Virus record (IMG/VR): IMGVR_UViG_3300050142_000050
Span: 96,001-160,000 of that record
From: a virus
Lineage: Duplodnaviria > Caudoviricetes
Reading direction: 5' to 3' (one strand)
Length of the DNA: 64,000 nucleotides
Shown here: positions 48,509-56,499 of the stretch, piece by piece
How positions within the stretch are numbered: position 1 is the stretch's first letter
Layout: each line of letters begins with the position of its first letter
The notes under the pieces: generated by a model
Told to the model about the DNA's origin: nothing
The model's database searches: none
The model's input: only the letters and a program-made list of their open reading frames with translations
Translations under genes and position numbers: made by a program

Positions 48509-48550
48509 CTCTTACATGCATAGGGGCATTTGTCCCTATGCATCGTTGAG
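48509..48550 (+). repeat. Internal-loop hairpin element 5
   Basis: CTC-TTAC-atgcataggg-N8-ccctatgcat-CGTT-GAG. Confidence 0.8.
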
Positions 48551-48575
48551 TGATGTAACAACTCAGGAGTGAAAA

Positions 48576-48740
48576 ATGGATAACGAACAACTCAATGAAA
48601 TTGAAGAGCATGACCGCTACAACAAAGCAGCCATTCGCTTCAACACCACACTCGACGCCGCCGGCGCGGTACTGATCACCGCCGCAGGTCTCTGTCTCTC
48701 CGCAATCGCGATTCTCGCGACCAAGCGAATTTCCAAGTGA
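48576..48740 (+). CDS. Membrane microprotein (54 aa; not in the ORF track)
   Basis: AGGAG ribosome-binding site; MDNEQLNEIEEHDRYNKAAIRFNTTLDAAGAVLITAAGLCLSAIAILATKRISK. Confidence 0.75.
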   Translation: MDNEQLNEIEEHDRYNKAAIRFNTTLDAAGAVLITAAGLCLSAIAILATKRISK

Positions 48741-48748
48741 GGACTACC

Positions 48749-48880
48749 ATGGACAACAACGAACCCGCCTACACCCCCGAGCAGCTCAACTCCAAGACCG
48801 CGGCGATCTACATCGGTGCCGCATGGGGAGCGATCTGCTTCGCCATCGGATACTTCGGTGTCCGCGTCATCAATAAGTAA
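48749..48880 (+). CDS. Membrane microprotein (43 aa; not in the ORF track)
   Basis: GAGGA ribosome-binding site; MDNNEPAYTPEQLNSKTAAIYIGAAWGAICFAIGYFGVRVINK. Confidence 0.75.
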   Translation: MDNNEPAYTPEQLNSKTAAIYIGAAWGAICFAIGYFGVRVINK

Positions 48881-48896
48881 TCGGAGAGGATTACAC

Positions 48897-49025
48897 ATGG
48901 AAGATCGTGCAGAAGAAAAAGCTCCCAATCCCGACAACCGGGACAAGGAGTTCGTCCTGGGGCTGGGTAGTGTGGTAGCACTCCTCGCATCCATCGTTTG
49001 TCTCACCTCGGTATTGCGGAGTTAA
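48897..49025 (+). CDS. Membrane microprotein (42 aa)
   Basis: GAGAGGA ribosome-binding site; MEDRAEEKAPNPDNRDKEFVLGLGSVVALLASIVCLTSVLRS. Confidence 0.7.
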   Translation: MEDRAEEKAPNPDNRDKEFVLGLGSVVALLASIVCLTSVLRS

Positions 49026-49030
49026 ATACC

Positions 49031-49150
49031 ATGGAAGAAGCACCAAAGAAGACCCTCGAGGTCGTCGTCAATGTCTCGAACAAGGCCGTGATCCTGGGTA
49101 GCCTGTCTGCCCTGGTGACTGGCGTGATCTACGGGATTCTCAATCGCTAG
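49031..49150 (+). CDS. Membrane microprotein (39 aa; not in the ORF track)
   Basis: GGAG ribosome-binding site; MEEAPKKTLEVVVNVSNKAVILGSLSALVTGVIYGILNR. Confidence 0.7.
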   Translation: MEEAPKKTLEVVVNVSNKAVILGSLSALVTGVIYGILNR

Positions 49151-49153
49151 ATC

Positions 49154-49196
49154 AAAACCAGAATCAAAAAATATCAACCTCATATCACAACTGTGA
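49154..49196 (+). promoter_or_regulatory. Second copy of the putative early promoter
   Basis: aaaaccagaatcaa...tcaacct-catatcac-aactg-tg, near-identical to 46154-46196. Confidence 0.75.
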
Positions 49197-49249
49197 ATGG
49201 GGAAAACAATCCTGTTCTTTTCAATCATCTTTTTTGAGTGGAGCTCAAC

Positions 49250-49609
49250 ATGTCTATCACCAACAACGATTCCGCCGACCTGAACAACAACGGCGACAAC
49301 AACAGCCGTGCCAACAAGAAGGTCGAGTCGAAGACCACGACCGCCAAGAGCGAAGACGGCTCGAAGACCACCACCACGACGGTGGAAACCGAAACCGAAG
49401 TCAAGCCCGGTCTGTTCGGTCGTCTCTTCGGCACCATCGCCCGCAACCCCGTCAAGTCGACCGTCGTGGTCGCTGCTGTGGGCACGGGTGCATACTTCGG
49501 CTACAAGCACTTCCAGTCGGCCGGCGAAGTCGTCGTGGCCACCTCGGATGTCGTCGAAGAATCGGCTGAAGTGGCCGTCGAAACCGCGGCTGCCTTCTTC
49601 GGCCGCTGA
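49250..49609 (+). CDS. Single-TM protein (119 aa) with polar N-terminus and acidic Ala/Val tail
   Basis: GGAG before ATG 49250; strongly GC3-biased codons; TVVVAAVGTGAYFGY. Confidence 0.8.
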   Translation: MSITNNDSADLNNNGDNNSRANKKVESKTTTAKSEDGSKTTTTTVETETEVKPGLFGRLFGTIARNPVKSTVVVAAVGTGAYFGYKHFQSAGEVVVATSDVVEESAEVAVETAAAFFGR

Positions 49610-49660
49610 TACCTCTACCACAATAACCGTGGGTCGCATCACTAATAGGAGGTAATCGAC

Positions 49661-49723
49661 ATGATTGCCATGATGATCAATCTGCTGATGAAAACCTCTT
49701 CGGTTATCACCGGTAAGAAATAA
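49661..49723 (+). CDS. Putative 20-aa peptide MIAMMINLLMKTSSVITGKK
   Basis: Preceded by AGGAGGT at good spacing. Confidence 0.45.
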   Translation: MIAMMINLLMKTSSVITGKK

Positions 49724-49733
49724 GGAACGAACG

Positions 49734-49856
49734 ATGGAGAAGACTTCCTCTATTGTCGGAACCATCGTCGTATTCGGCCTCGCCATTTATGGCGCGATCG
49801 ATTTGGGCTACAAGATCCTCACGATGTCGCGCAAGCTCAGCGAATACGACGAGTGA
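49734..49856 (+). CDS. Membrane microprotein (40 aa, N-terminal TM; not in the ORF track)
   Basis: AAGGA ribosome-binding site; MEKTSSIVGTIVVFGLAIYGAIDLGYKILTMSRKLSEYDE. Confidence 0.7.
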   Translation: MEKTSSIVGTIVVFGLAIYGAIDLGYKILTMSRKLSEYDE

Positions 49857-49860
49857 TAGA

Positions 49861-49903
49861 GTGGTGGGGGCATATGCCCCCACCACCTTATCCTTTATTT
49901 TTT
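49861..49903 (+). terminator. Terminator closing the early cassette
   Basis: gtggtgggggca-ta-tgcccccaccac followed by a displaced TTTATTTTTT. Confidence 0.75.
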
Positions 49904-49940
49904 GTCTTCATTGTATGTCACCCGATAGAGGGAACCTATA

Positions 49941-50915
49941 ATGGATAGCTTAGAAGCGGCATCTATCGATGCTATTATCACTCTCATGGCTACACTCTCC
50001 CCCAAAGCGAGAGACAATGTGGAAGGTGAGCTCTATCGAGCTACTGCTTCCTCTGATGAAGCCACACCTGCTCATATCCTCGAGACGGTCTTCTCCGATT
50101 TTGTAGATGACCTCAAGGAAGTGGGTATCACTCTCTCCTTGGATCTCAATGAGATTCTCAACACACCCTCTCTCTTGGGTGAGTTTGTAGAGCTCAGCAG
50201 CTACATCTTACCCAACAACCTTTATGCCCACGTGAAGGGTAACCCCAGGATCCGTAGTCTGATCAACTCCATCCTGGAGGGATCAGCGGCTGAGCATGAG
50301 ACCACCATCGAAGCCTACCTGACAGGACTGGCTGGTCTGGAGACAGACAATCCGATCCTACCTGACCTGGTGTATTTCATCGATGCCAATCATTCCAAGA
50401 TCGGTCAGACTGGTATTTTCACAGATTATCTCCACGAGATCAAATCTCTGGCTGATGATGAGCGACTCTCAGTCGACTCCGATGATGAAACCCATATGGC
50501 TTTCTCTCAGAGGATCAAGGATATCGCAGGTCGCTTCAAGAATGCATTGTTGGTCTATGAGGATGATTCCCTCTTCAGGATCTTCAACATCTTCTTGCGA
50601 GACCTCCTGTCTCCCATGAATTTCATTCACTATTCCTACCTCTTCTTGAACAAAGCAGAAGATCTCCCTGAGGAGATCGGTGAGTTGTTCAGACGCAGGT
50701 GGTATCAGTTCTATGTCACCCATCAGATCTTCCCTGAGTACTATACAGTGCGCCCAGGGATGTCTCCGAGTGAGAATATGGCCAAAGCCATGGTAGCTGC
50801 GGCCTACACCTTCTCTCCGGATGTGGAAGCCTTCGACCGACGGATGCGCGATATCAATGAACTCATTCCCGTCGAGGGTGGTCTGATCCGATCGCTTTAT
50901 GAGGAGATCAACTAA
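49941..50915 (+). CDS. Hypothetical protein (324 aa)
   Basis: GAGGG ribosome-binding site; stop overlaps the RNAP subunit start (TAATG). Confidence 0.8.
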   Translation: MDSLEAASIDAIITLMATLSPKARDNVEGELYRATASSDEATPAHILETVFSDFVDDLKEVGITLSLDLNEILNTPSLLGEFVELSSYILPNNLYAHVKGNPRIRSLINSILEGSAAEHETTIEAYLTGLAGLETDNPILPDLVYFIDANHSKIGQTGIFTDYLHEIKSLADDERLSVDSDDETHMAFSQRIKDIAGRFKNALLVYEDDSLFRIFNIFLRDLLSPMNFIHYSYLFLNKAEDLPEEIGELFRRRWYQFYVTHQIFPEYYTVRPGMSPSENMAKAMVAAAYTFSPDVEAFDRRMRDINELIPVEGGLIRSLYEEIN

Positions 50916-52303
50916 TGCAACGTCCTCCTATCGTGGAGCACATCATCCGGCATCCTGAATCCTTGATCTATATCGGATTCAACAAGGAGATCTGGATGAT
51001 ACCAGATCGCCTCCTGGCCGATGTACGGACATCTCCCACCGAACTCAAGTTCGAACTCGCCATGCGAGTGGCTCCCTATCGAGGGAAGCTATTCGTCCAT
51101 GACGGTATGTTCTATGCCATTACATCTTGGGAGCGGACTGACGATAGGTCGACTGACAGTCGGACTTATACCGTCGAAGCGATCGAGACGGGAGTCCCTC
51201 ATGATTCCAGCGAAAAGTTCCCTCTCCTGCGTCCCTCCGATGTGATCGAGATCCGTCCTGGAGAAATCATGAATTACAAAGGTGGTGAAATCATCAAGAC
51301 GACCGTGGGTCGTTTTGTGGCTAACTACCTCCTCTTGTGTTATCCATTCGGCGAAACGGTGGATTACATCAATGAGGAATTCTCGGCAGGTAAGCTTGAA
51401 GGTCTCATCTCCAAGCTGATCCTCAGTAAGAAGATCTCGCCTCGAGTCTTCAAGGACAAATTCGTCAATACCCTGACACTCCATGGTCATACGACCGAGA
51501 TGTTCTGTCCGGGTATCTCGGCGAAGGTGATCACCGTCCCAGATCATGTCAAGAATCTCCTCATAAGGCTCGTAGAAGAGAATAAGGAAGCTTTGGAGGC
51601 AGGTGACTCATCTGTGATGAGTGACATCGAGAAGGCCGTTATTTCGGCTTACAAGGACTACCTCAAAGGAGACTCATCACTTCACTTCCTCCTCAAGAGC
51701 AAGTACTTTGCAGTGACCCTCAAGAAGCTGTTCCTGACACATGGGATGGTAGAAGTGTTCGGTCAACCTGGGAAGTTCGTCTGGGTCACACAGGCCATGG
51801 GTTCTGGGTGGAAGAAGAAGGACTTTTCTGTCATCTGTAATGAGACCAGACAGGGCTCATTCTCACGAGCTGTGGAAACTCAGTTCGGTGGTGTTATTGC
51901 GAAGATGATTCTGCGTGTGTTCCAGGATGTCATCATCGGCCTTGCTGATTGTGGTACATCTCATGGTGAACCTATGCTCGGTACACCTGCCCTGGCCAAA
52001 GAGATCGAGAACTCTTATCAGATCCTACCGAGTGGCGAAAGCTCTCTCATCGATGCGTCTACCGCAAAGAGTCTGGTAGGTAAGAAGTTCTATCTCCGCA
52101 CACCTGGGTATTGTGAAGCAGAAGGTGGATATTGCTCCAGATGCTTCGGTTATATCTACGAAGAACACGGCCAGAGATCCTTCGCTACCCTAGCGAATGA
52201 CTTTGCTCGAAATCAAACGACTGCATCACTCAAAAAGATGCATGGTGTCAGCCACAGTACGGTGGATGTGTCCGACTTGAATAAATTCCTAGTCGCGACG
52301 TAA
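50915..52303 (+). CDS. rpoC: Virion RNAP beta' C-terminal subunit (phiKZ gp80-like)
   Basis: GSFSRAVETQFGG bridge-helix-like segment, DCGT, zinc motif RTPGYC...CSRCFG, and trigger-loop-like SLKKMHG. Confidence 0.85.
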   Translation: MQRPPIVEHIIRHPESLIYIGFNKEIWMIPDRLLADVRTSPTELKFELAMRVAPYRGKLFVHDGMFYAITSWERTDDRSTDSRTYTVEAIETGVPHDSSEKFPLLRPSDVIEIRPGEIMNYKGGEIIKTTVGRFVANYLLLCYPFGETVDYINEEFSAGKLEGLISKLILSKKISPRVFKDKFVNTLTLHGHTTEMFCPGISAKVITVPDHVKNLLIRLVEENKEALEAGDSSVMSDIEKAVISAYKDYLKGDSSLHFLLKSKYFAVTLKKLFLTHGMVEVFGQPGKFVWVTQAMGSGWKKKDFSVICNETRQGSFSRAVETQFGGVIAKMILRVFQDVIIGLADCGTSHGEPMLGTPALAKEIENSYQILPSGESSLIDASTAKSLVGKKFYLRTPGYCEAEGGYCSRCFGYIYEEHGQRSFATLANDFARNQTTASLKKMHGVSHSTVDVSDLNKFLVAT

Positions 52304-52330
52304 ATCGTATAGACAGCACAGGGAAGAATT

Positions 52331-53137
52331 ATGTCACGTCGTAAATCTCGTTATCGTGGGGTCCAGTCGGATTCCTCTGTCCCTCCGGTAACCGGTGCGG
52401 AGCAGGAAGACGTCACCAATACTGGTGATGAAGAAACCCAGGAAGATGAATCCCAGGAGGAAGAAATGACCGAAGAAGAACAGCAGCAAGAGTCGACCTC
52501 TCAGACTCCTGTCGAAGAAGTCACCGAATCGACCACTCCGGCTGAAGAGATCGCTCTGGAAGAGTCGCAGCAGGAGCCCACTCCTACGGTCGAGCAGTCG
52601 GAGGAAGCTCCTCAGGAGGATACTCCTTCTGAACCCGAGCAGACGTCTGAGGAACCGGCTTCTACCGAGGTCGTCGAATCGGACGATGATGTCGAGGTTC
52701 CCACCGATGACGAACAACCGACTGTCGTCGTCGTCGAAGATTCCAAGCAGCTCGCCAAGGTCAAGGAGATCCTCGGTAAGATCAAGGACGCCATCGCTAC
52801 CGATACTGGTGGTGAGATCTCGTACATGCAAGATCTTGCAGACCTGCTGGCCGGCTTCTTGTTCGTCTTCCGCAACAATGCCACACCTCAGATCCTGGAC
52901 TATGTGGTGGACTTCTTCAAGGAGAACCTCGAGGGCGTGTGTGCACCTGAGAAGTTCCTCCAACCGATTTCGCTCCTCGATCGCCAGTCGCAGCGTCGTC
53001 TGTCGCACATCTATACTCTGTGGTATTCGATGGCCAGCGGCCAGAAGACCCGCGTCGACAATGGTGCCTCGACTACCATCATGGGTAAGAGCACGTTCTA
53101 CCTCTATTACCGTCGATTCTTCCGCGAGATCGATTAA
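52331..53137 (+). CDS. Hypothetical protein with very acidic disordered N-terminal half
   Basis: About 130 Glu/Thr/Pro-rich residues followed by a helical domain. Confidence 0.8.
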   Translation: MSRRKSRYRGVQSDSSVPPVTGAEQEDVTNTGDEETQEDESQEEEMTEEEQQQESTSQTPVEEVTESTTPAEEIALEESQQEPTPTVEQSEEAPQEDTPSEPEQTSEEPASTEVVESDDDVEVPTDDEQPTVVVVEDSKQLAKVKEILGKIKDAIATDTGGEISYMQDLADLLAGFLFVFRNNATPQILDYVVDFFKENLEGVCAPEKFLQPISLLDRQSQRRLSHIYTLWYSMASGQKTRVDNGASTTIMGKSTFYLYYRRFFREID

Positions 53138-53150
53138 AAAATAAGGATAG

Positions 53151-53180
53151 TAGGTAGTGTCCCGCGAGGGACACTACCTA
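53151..53180. terminator. Bidirectional hairpin between convergent genes
   Basis: taggtagtgtccc-gcga-gggacactaccta. Confidence 0.7.
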
Positions 53181-53188
53181 TATCTCTA

Positions 53189-53653
53189 TCAGTCCGAAAG
53201 GTCGTTGTTGTTGGCGCGCAGTTCGCCTTCCTTGATGGTATCACCGATCTGGTCCCGCAGGATATCTTCCAGATTGTAACCATCCAAGGAAGTGTCTTCG
53301 ATACGAGCAGTACGGGCTGCCAGGACCATAGCTGCGATGCGGTCTTTGGAGGCACTCGCATTCTGCGTAGCGATCTCGTGATTACGCAGCTTGAGGTTGG
53401 CCGATGCCACAGTGGACTTATCGACTTCACCCAGAGCCTTGAGTGTGGTGGTGATCAGATTGAGATCATCCTCTTTGACATTGGGTCTACCCTCATCATC
53501 GACCAAGGATATACCTTTGACAGCCTCCATGAGCTTAGTGGTAATAATACCACGTGCACTCGAAGTTGTCTCAAAGGACTCCTCGGACATGACCAATTCG
53601 TCTTGAAGCGACCGGAGTACTCTCCCTCGCTTATCACCTTCGATATTCGACAT
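53189..53653 (-). CDS. Hypothetical protein (154 aa)
   Basis: GAGGA ribosome-binding site with TATG just upstream. Confidence 0.75.
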   Translation of the reverse strand: MSNIEGDKRGRVLRSLQDELVMSEESFETTSSARGIITTKLMEAVKGISLVDDEGRPNVKEDDLNLITTTLKALGEVDKSTVASANLKLRNHEIATQNASASKDRIAAMVLAARTARIEDTSLDGYNLEDILRDQIGDTIKEGELRANNNDLSD

Positions 53654-53766
53654 AGAGCAATCCTCATATTACCTACAAGATAGACGAAATAGGGTGTACC
53701 GCCTTACAAAATAAAATATTTTAGATCGTCCATCAAATGGATCTCTGTCAATTATGGGGTTTATAA

Positions 53767-54660
53767 ATGAAAAAGAAATCGACCAGCATCTGCTTTAACG
53801 AAGACGGACCCATCAATAGCCGATGGGCCAGTTTCCTTGCAGAAAATCAATCGGAGGAGATCTTCCTTATTCCCAATGGGACTAAGGCGGCTTCTGATCT
53901 GGCTGAACAAATGACACAAGCAGACTTCCAGTCTTCTGTGAAGAAGATCGTCTGCATGAAAGCACCCGAATTCGAAGTCAGGGTACTACCCATCGTTTCG
54001 GGACAATCCATCTCGAGTCCCTATTACGCGTGGGACATGGATACCATCCACAGATGGGCATGCACCAAACTAGCAGCACCCCTGCTGGATATGGCATCAC
54101 GCGAGATCGGTAAGCGAACGCTTCCTATCAAGATGGACGAAGAGCAGACTTCGGCTGCATGTTACATGGCTCTGCGTATGTGGAACATACTCATATTGGT
54201 CGAAGAAACCAATGCGATACCTGCATCCATCATGGCTCTCATTATCCCCCACACTGTATACATCACCGAAGAAGGTGTGAACACAGTGGCCCTCAACCAT
54301 GCTATCGGGGGTGATTATTTCTCGTTCCATCGCCTGACACGGCAGCTCATGATCGATGTCGGCTCTGAAACATTCACAATCGGACTACCGCGCCTCCTGC
54401 GAATCCTGACAGAAGCCGTCCTTCCCTTCTACCGGACCATCAAGACACGTAAACTTGAATGGTTCATCAAGGATAATTCAGGAGACTATGCGCAACATTC
54501 ATTCTTCGAGTTCGGCATCATCGTCCACCAGATCATGAGCCGTCTCTCCATCCGCCATATCACTGAAGAGAACCCTGTCCCAGACAGTGACCTCATCATG
54601 CTCGGCAAGAAGGCAGAGTTCTTGGAGTCTCATGCCTCCATGATCAAGAAGATTGACTGA
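53767..54660 (+). CDS. Hypothetical protein (297 aa)
   Basis: Long ORF after an AT-rich divergent intergenic region. Confidence 0.75.
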   Translation: MKKKSTSICFNEDGPINSRWASFLAENQSEEIFLIPNGTKAASDLAEQMTQADFQSSVKKIVCMKAPEFEVRVLPIVSGQSISSPYYAWDMDTIHRWACTKLAAPLLDMASREIGKRTLPIKMDEEQTSAACYMALRMWNILILVEETNAIPASIMALIIPHTVYITEEGVNTVALNHAIGGDYFSFHRLTRQLMIDVGSETFTIGLPRLLRILTEAVLPFYRTIKTRKLEWFIKDNSGDYAQHSFFEFGIIVHQIMSRLSIRHITEENPVPDSDLIMLGKKAEFLESHASMIKKID

Positions 54661-54747
54661 TCACACGGTGAGTCGTCCTAATCCAGGGACAGTCCAAAAG
54701 GACAAGCTCATCTCCCATAACACCACGAATTACATAAGGGTGTCACC

Positions 54748-55173
54748 ATGGCTAAGCAAGATAGGTCCGCACGTTTCTTCACCGTAGAGAATATACGGCA
54801 AACCTCGGACCCGCTCCCCAGATTGATCCGTCTGATCTTCCATTACTTCCAGATCACGAATGATTCGTTCGCTGATCGCTATCATCGGTTCTATACCCAT
54901 ATCTACGGCACTGATCGTCAGGGTGTGTCGCAGATCAACATGAAGAAGAACATCGACAAGAATGCCCTCATCAATGGGCGTCGAAACCTGACCATCAAGT
55001 CCTTCATCAATGTCCTAAAGGTATTTGGGTTTGACATCGTCGAAATGACGGTTACCCTCAAAGATTCTACTTCAGGAGAACTGCACACATTTTCCACGAC
55101 GCAGTCTGCTGAGGAGATCGATGCCGTAATCCTCAAGAAACAAGAGGAAGAAGCATCGCAAGGCTTCCTTTAA
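54748..55173 (+). CDS. Hypothetical protein (141 aa)
   Basis: AAGGG ribosome-binding site. Confidence 0.75.
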   Translation: MAKQDRSARFFTVENIRQTSDPLPRLIRLIFHYFQITNDSFADRYHRFYTHIYGTDRQGVSQINMKKNIDKNALINGRRNLTIKSFINVLKVFGFDIVEMTVTLKDSTSGELHTFSTTQSAEEIDAVILKKQEEEASQGFL

Positions 55174-55189
55174 CAAGAGGTGATTTCAC

Positions 55190-55486
55190 ATGGCTAAGAT
55201 CACTGATTTTGATGGCAACACCATCCTTACGACAACGGGTCTGGAAAGCTTCCTCTTTGTGGTCATCCACAATGGCGGTACTGTATCCATCTTCAAGGAT
55301 GAACGACCGATCGACCCCACAGTCGATCTGATCGGTGTCCATCAGCTCGATATCGAGAAGCTCCCTGATCCGATTACCACGGTGAAGCTGGATGAGGACC
55401 AGAAGGTCGCGATGGTCAAACTCGGCTTCCATGTCGATGAGATCGTCGTACCTGACGTACCACAGGAGGAAACCTCCGGTGAGTGA
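55190..55486 (+). CDS. Hypothetical protein (98 aa)
   Basis: GAGGTG ribosome-binding site. Confidence 0.75.
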   Translation: MAKITDFDGNTILTTTGLESFLFVVIHNGGTVSIFKDERPIDPTVDLIGVHQLDIEKLPDPITTVKLDEDQKVAMVKLGFHVDEIVVPDVPQEETSGE

Positions 55487-55724
55487 GGACTTAGGCCTCC
55501 GACTCGATGTGGTGGATGAGAAGGGTCAAACCCGGACTTACACTCGGGAATGGAACATCGATCCTCGTGTCGATCTGATCGGAATGAACATCAGTCAGAT
55601 CTTCGGTATCGCTACTCTACCCTATCCACATACGGCGGTCCATTTGAAAGGACCAGAGTATCGGGTGGTTAAGGTAACCGATGCCGTCAATGCGTCATCT
55701 AGTTTCTATATCGGACTAGGTTGA
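55479..55724 (+). CDS. Hypothetical protein (81 aa, GTG start)
   Basis: GTG 55479 follows AGGAGG and overlaps the previous stop. Confidence 0.6.
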   Translation: MSEDLGLRLDVVDEKGQTRTYTREWNIDPRVDLIGMNISQIFGIATLPYPHTAVHLKGPEYRVVKVTDAVNASSSFYIGLG

Positions 55725-55738
55725 TCTTAAATCTGAGT

Positions 55739-55782
55739 ATGAGTGGAGGGCTAACGCCCTCCACTCATGTCTCTTTATTTTT
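55739..55782 (+). terminator. Terminator
   Basis: atgagtggagggc-taac-gccctccactcat followed by a displaced TTTATTTTTT. Confidence 0.75.
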
Positions 55783-55822
55783 TCTGATTTTATGATCTGA
55801 ACTCCTAGAAAGAGAAGTCACC

Positions 55823-56488
55823 ATGAACCCTCGTCGTAAAGCAGCGGAGGACTTCGTCTTCGATTTGATGAATCGACAAGATCCATCCGGCTATAACACC
55901 AACTACTACCGCAAGATGTTTGAAGGTATGGATGACGAGACCTTCACTAAGTGGATGACCCAGATGCGTGACAATCCTCACGCCAAACTCATCCTCTACA
56001 CGATCCCCCTCAAGGTAGAGATCGATGTGCAAGCATCTCTCGACACAGCTAAGTTCTTGGGGATCGAAGTGTTCGAGCGACTGCGTATCTGGGACCCTAT
56101 AGAACAGCGTCACGTGTTGACTCCTGAACGATATATGATCCTACGTATGTATGTACGTCGCCTTAAGCAGTATCTGATGGACGGTCTGTCCGTACCTGAT
56201 TCAGATCGTCGTCTGAACCCTCTCACCAATCAGGTTGTAGGTGTCGACAAGGCCTCAGCATTCTCCTATCCACAGGCCCAGATGATCGCAGAGAAGGGTC
56301 TTAATAAAACCCTTCATGAGATCATGACCATCCGTGGGGGTAACATCGAAGCTTATGCTAAGATGAAAGGTCAGATCGAAGAGAATGGTGAAGCATCGAC
56401 TGATGTGATCGATGACACTTCTGGTGTTCAATCTGCCCAGACCCTGAGGACATTCCTCGAAGGTATGCATCTGGTAACTAACCTCTAA
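55823..56488 (+). CDS. rpoB: Virion RNAP beta C-terminal subunit (phiKZ gp149-like)
   Basis: KASAFSYPQAQMIAEKGLNKTLHEIMTIRGGN aligns with the beta C-terminal GGQRFGEME...TLQEMLTVKSDD region. Confidence 0.75.
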   Translation: MNPRRKAAEDFVFDLMNRQDPSGYNTNYYRKMFEGMDDETFTKWMTQMRDNPHAKLILYTIPLKVEIDVQASLDTAKFLGIEVFERLRIWDPIEQRHVLTPERYMILRMYVRRLKQYLMDGLSVPDSDRRLNPLTNQVVGVDKASAFSYPQAQMIAEKGLNKTLHEIMTIRGGNIEAYAKMKGQIEENGEASTDVIDDTSGVQSAQTLRTFLEGMHLVTNL

Positions 56489-56499
56489 GGAGACAGTAG

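Noticed and set aside
46470-48550. CRISPR array or REP-type repeats
   Set aside because: Only 7-nt flanks are shared, the stems differ in sequence, and the intervals are whole genes of unequal length.
46154-49196. Two promoter copies exactly 3000 bp apart
   Set aside because: The duplication is real, but the round-number spacing has no evident mechanism and is treated as coincidence.
15340-53754. Shared 11-mer CTGTCAATTAT at 15340 and 53744
   Set aside because: Only two copies in different contexts; plausible by chance in AT-rich gaps.
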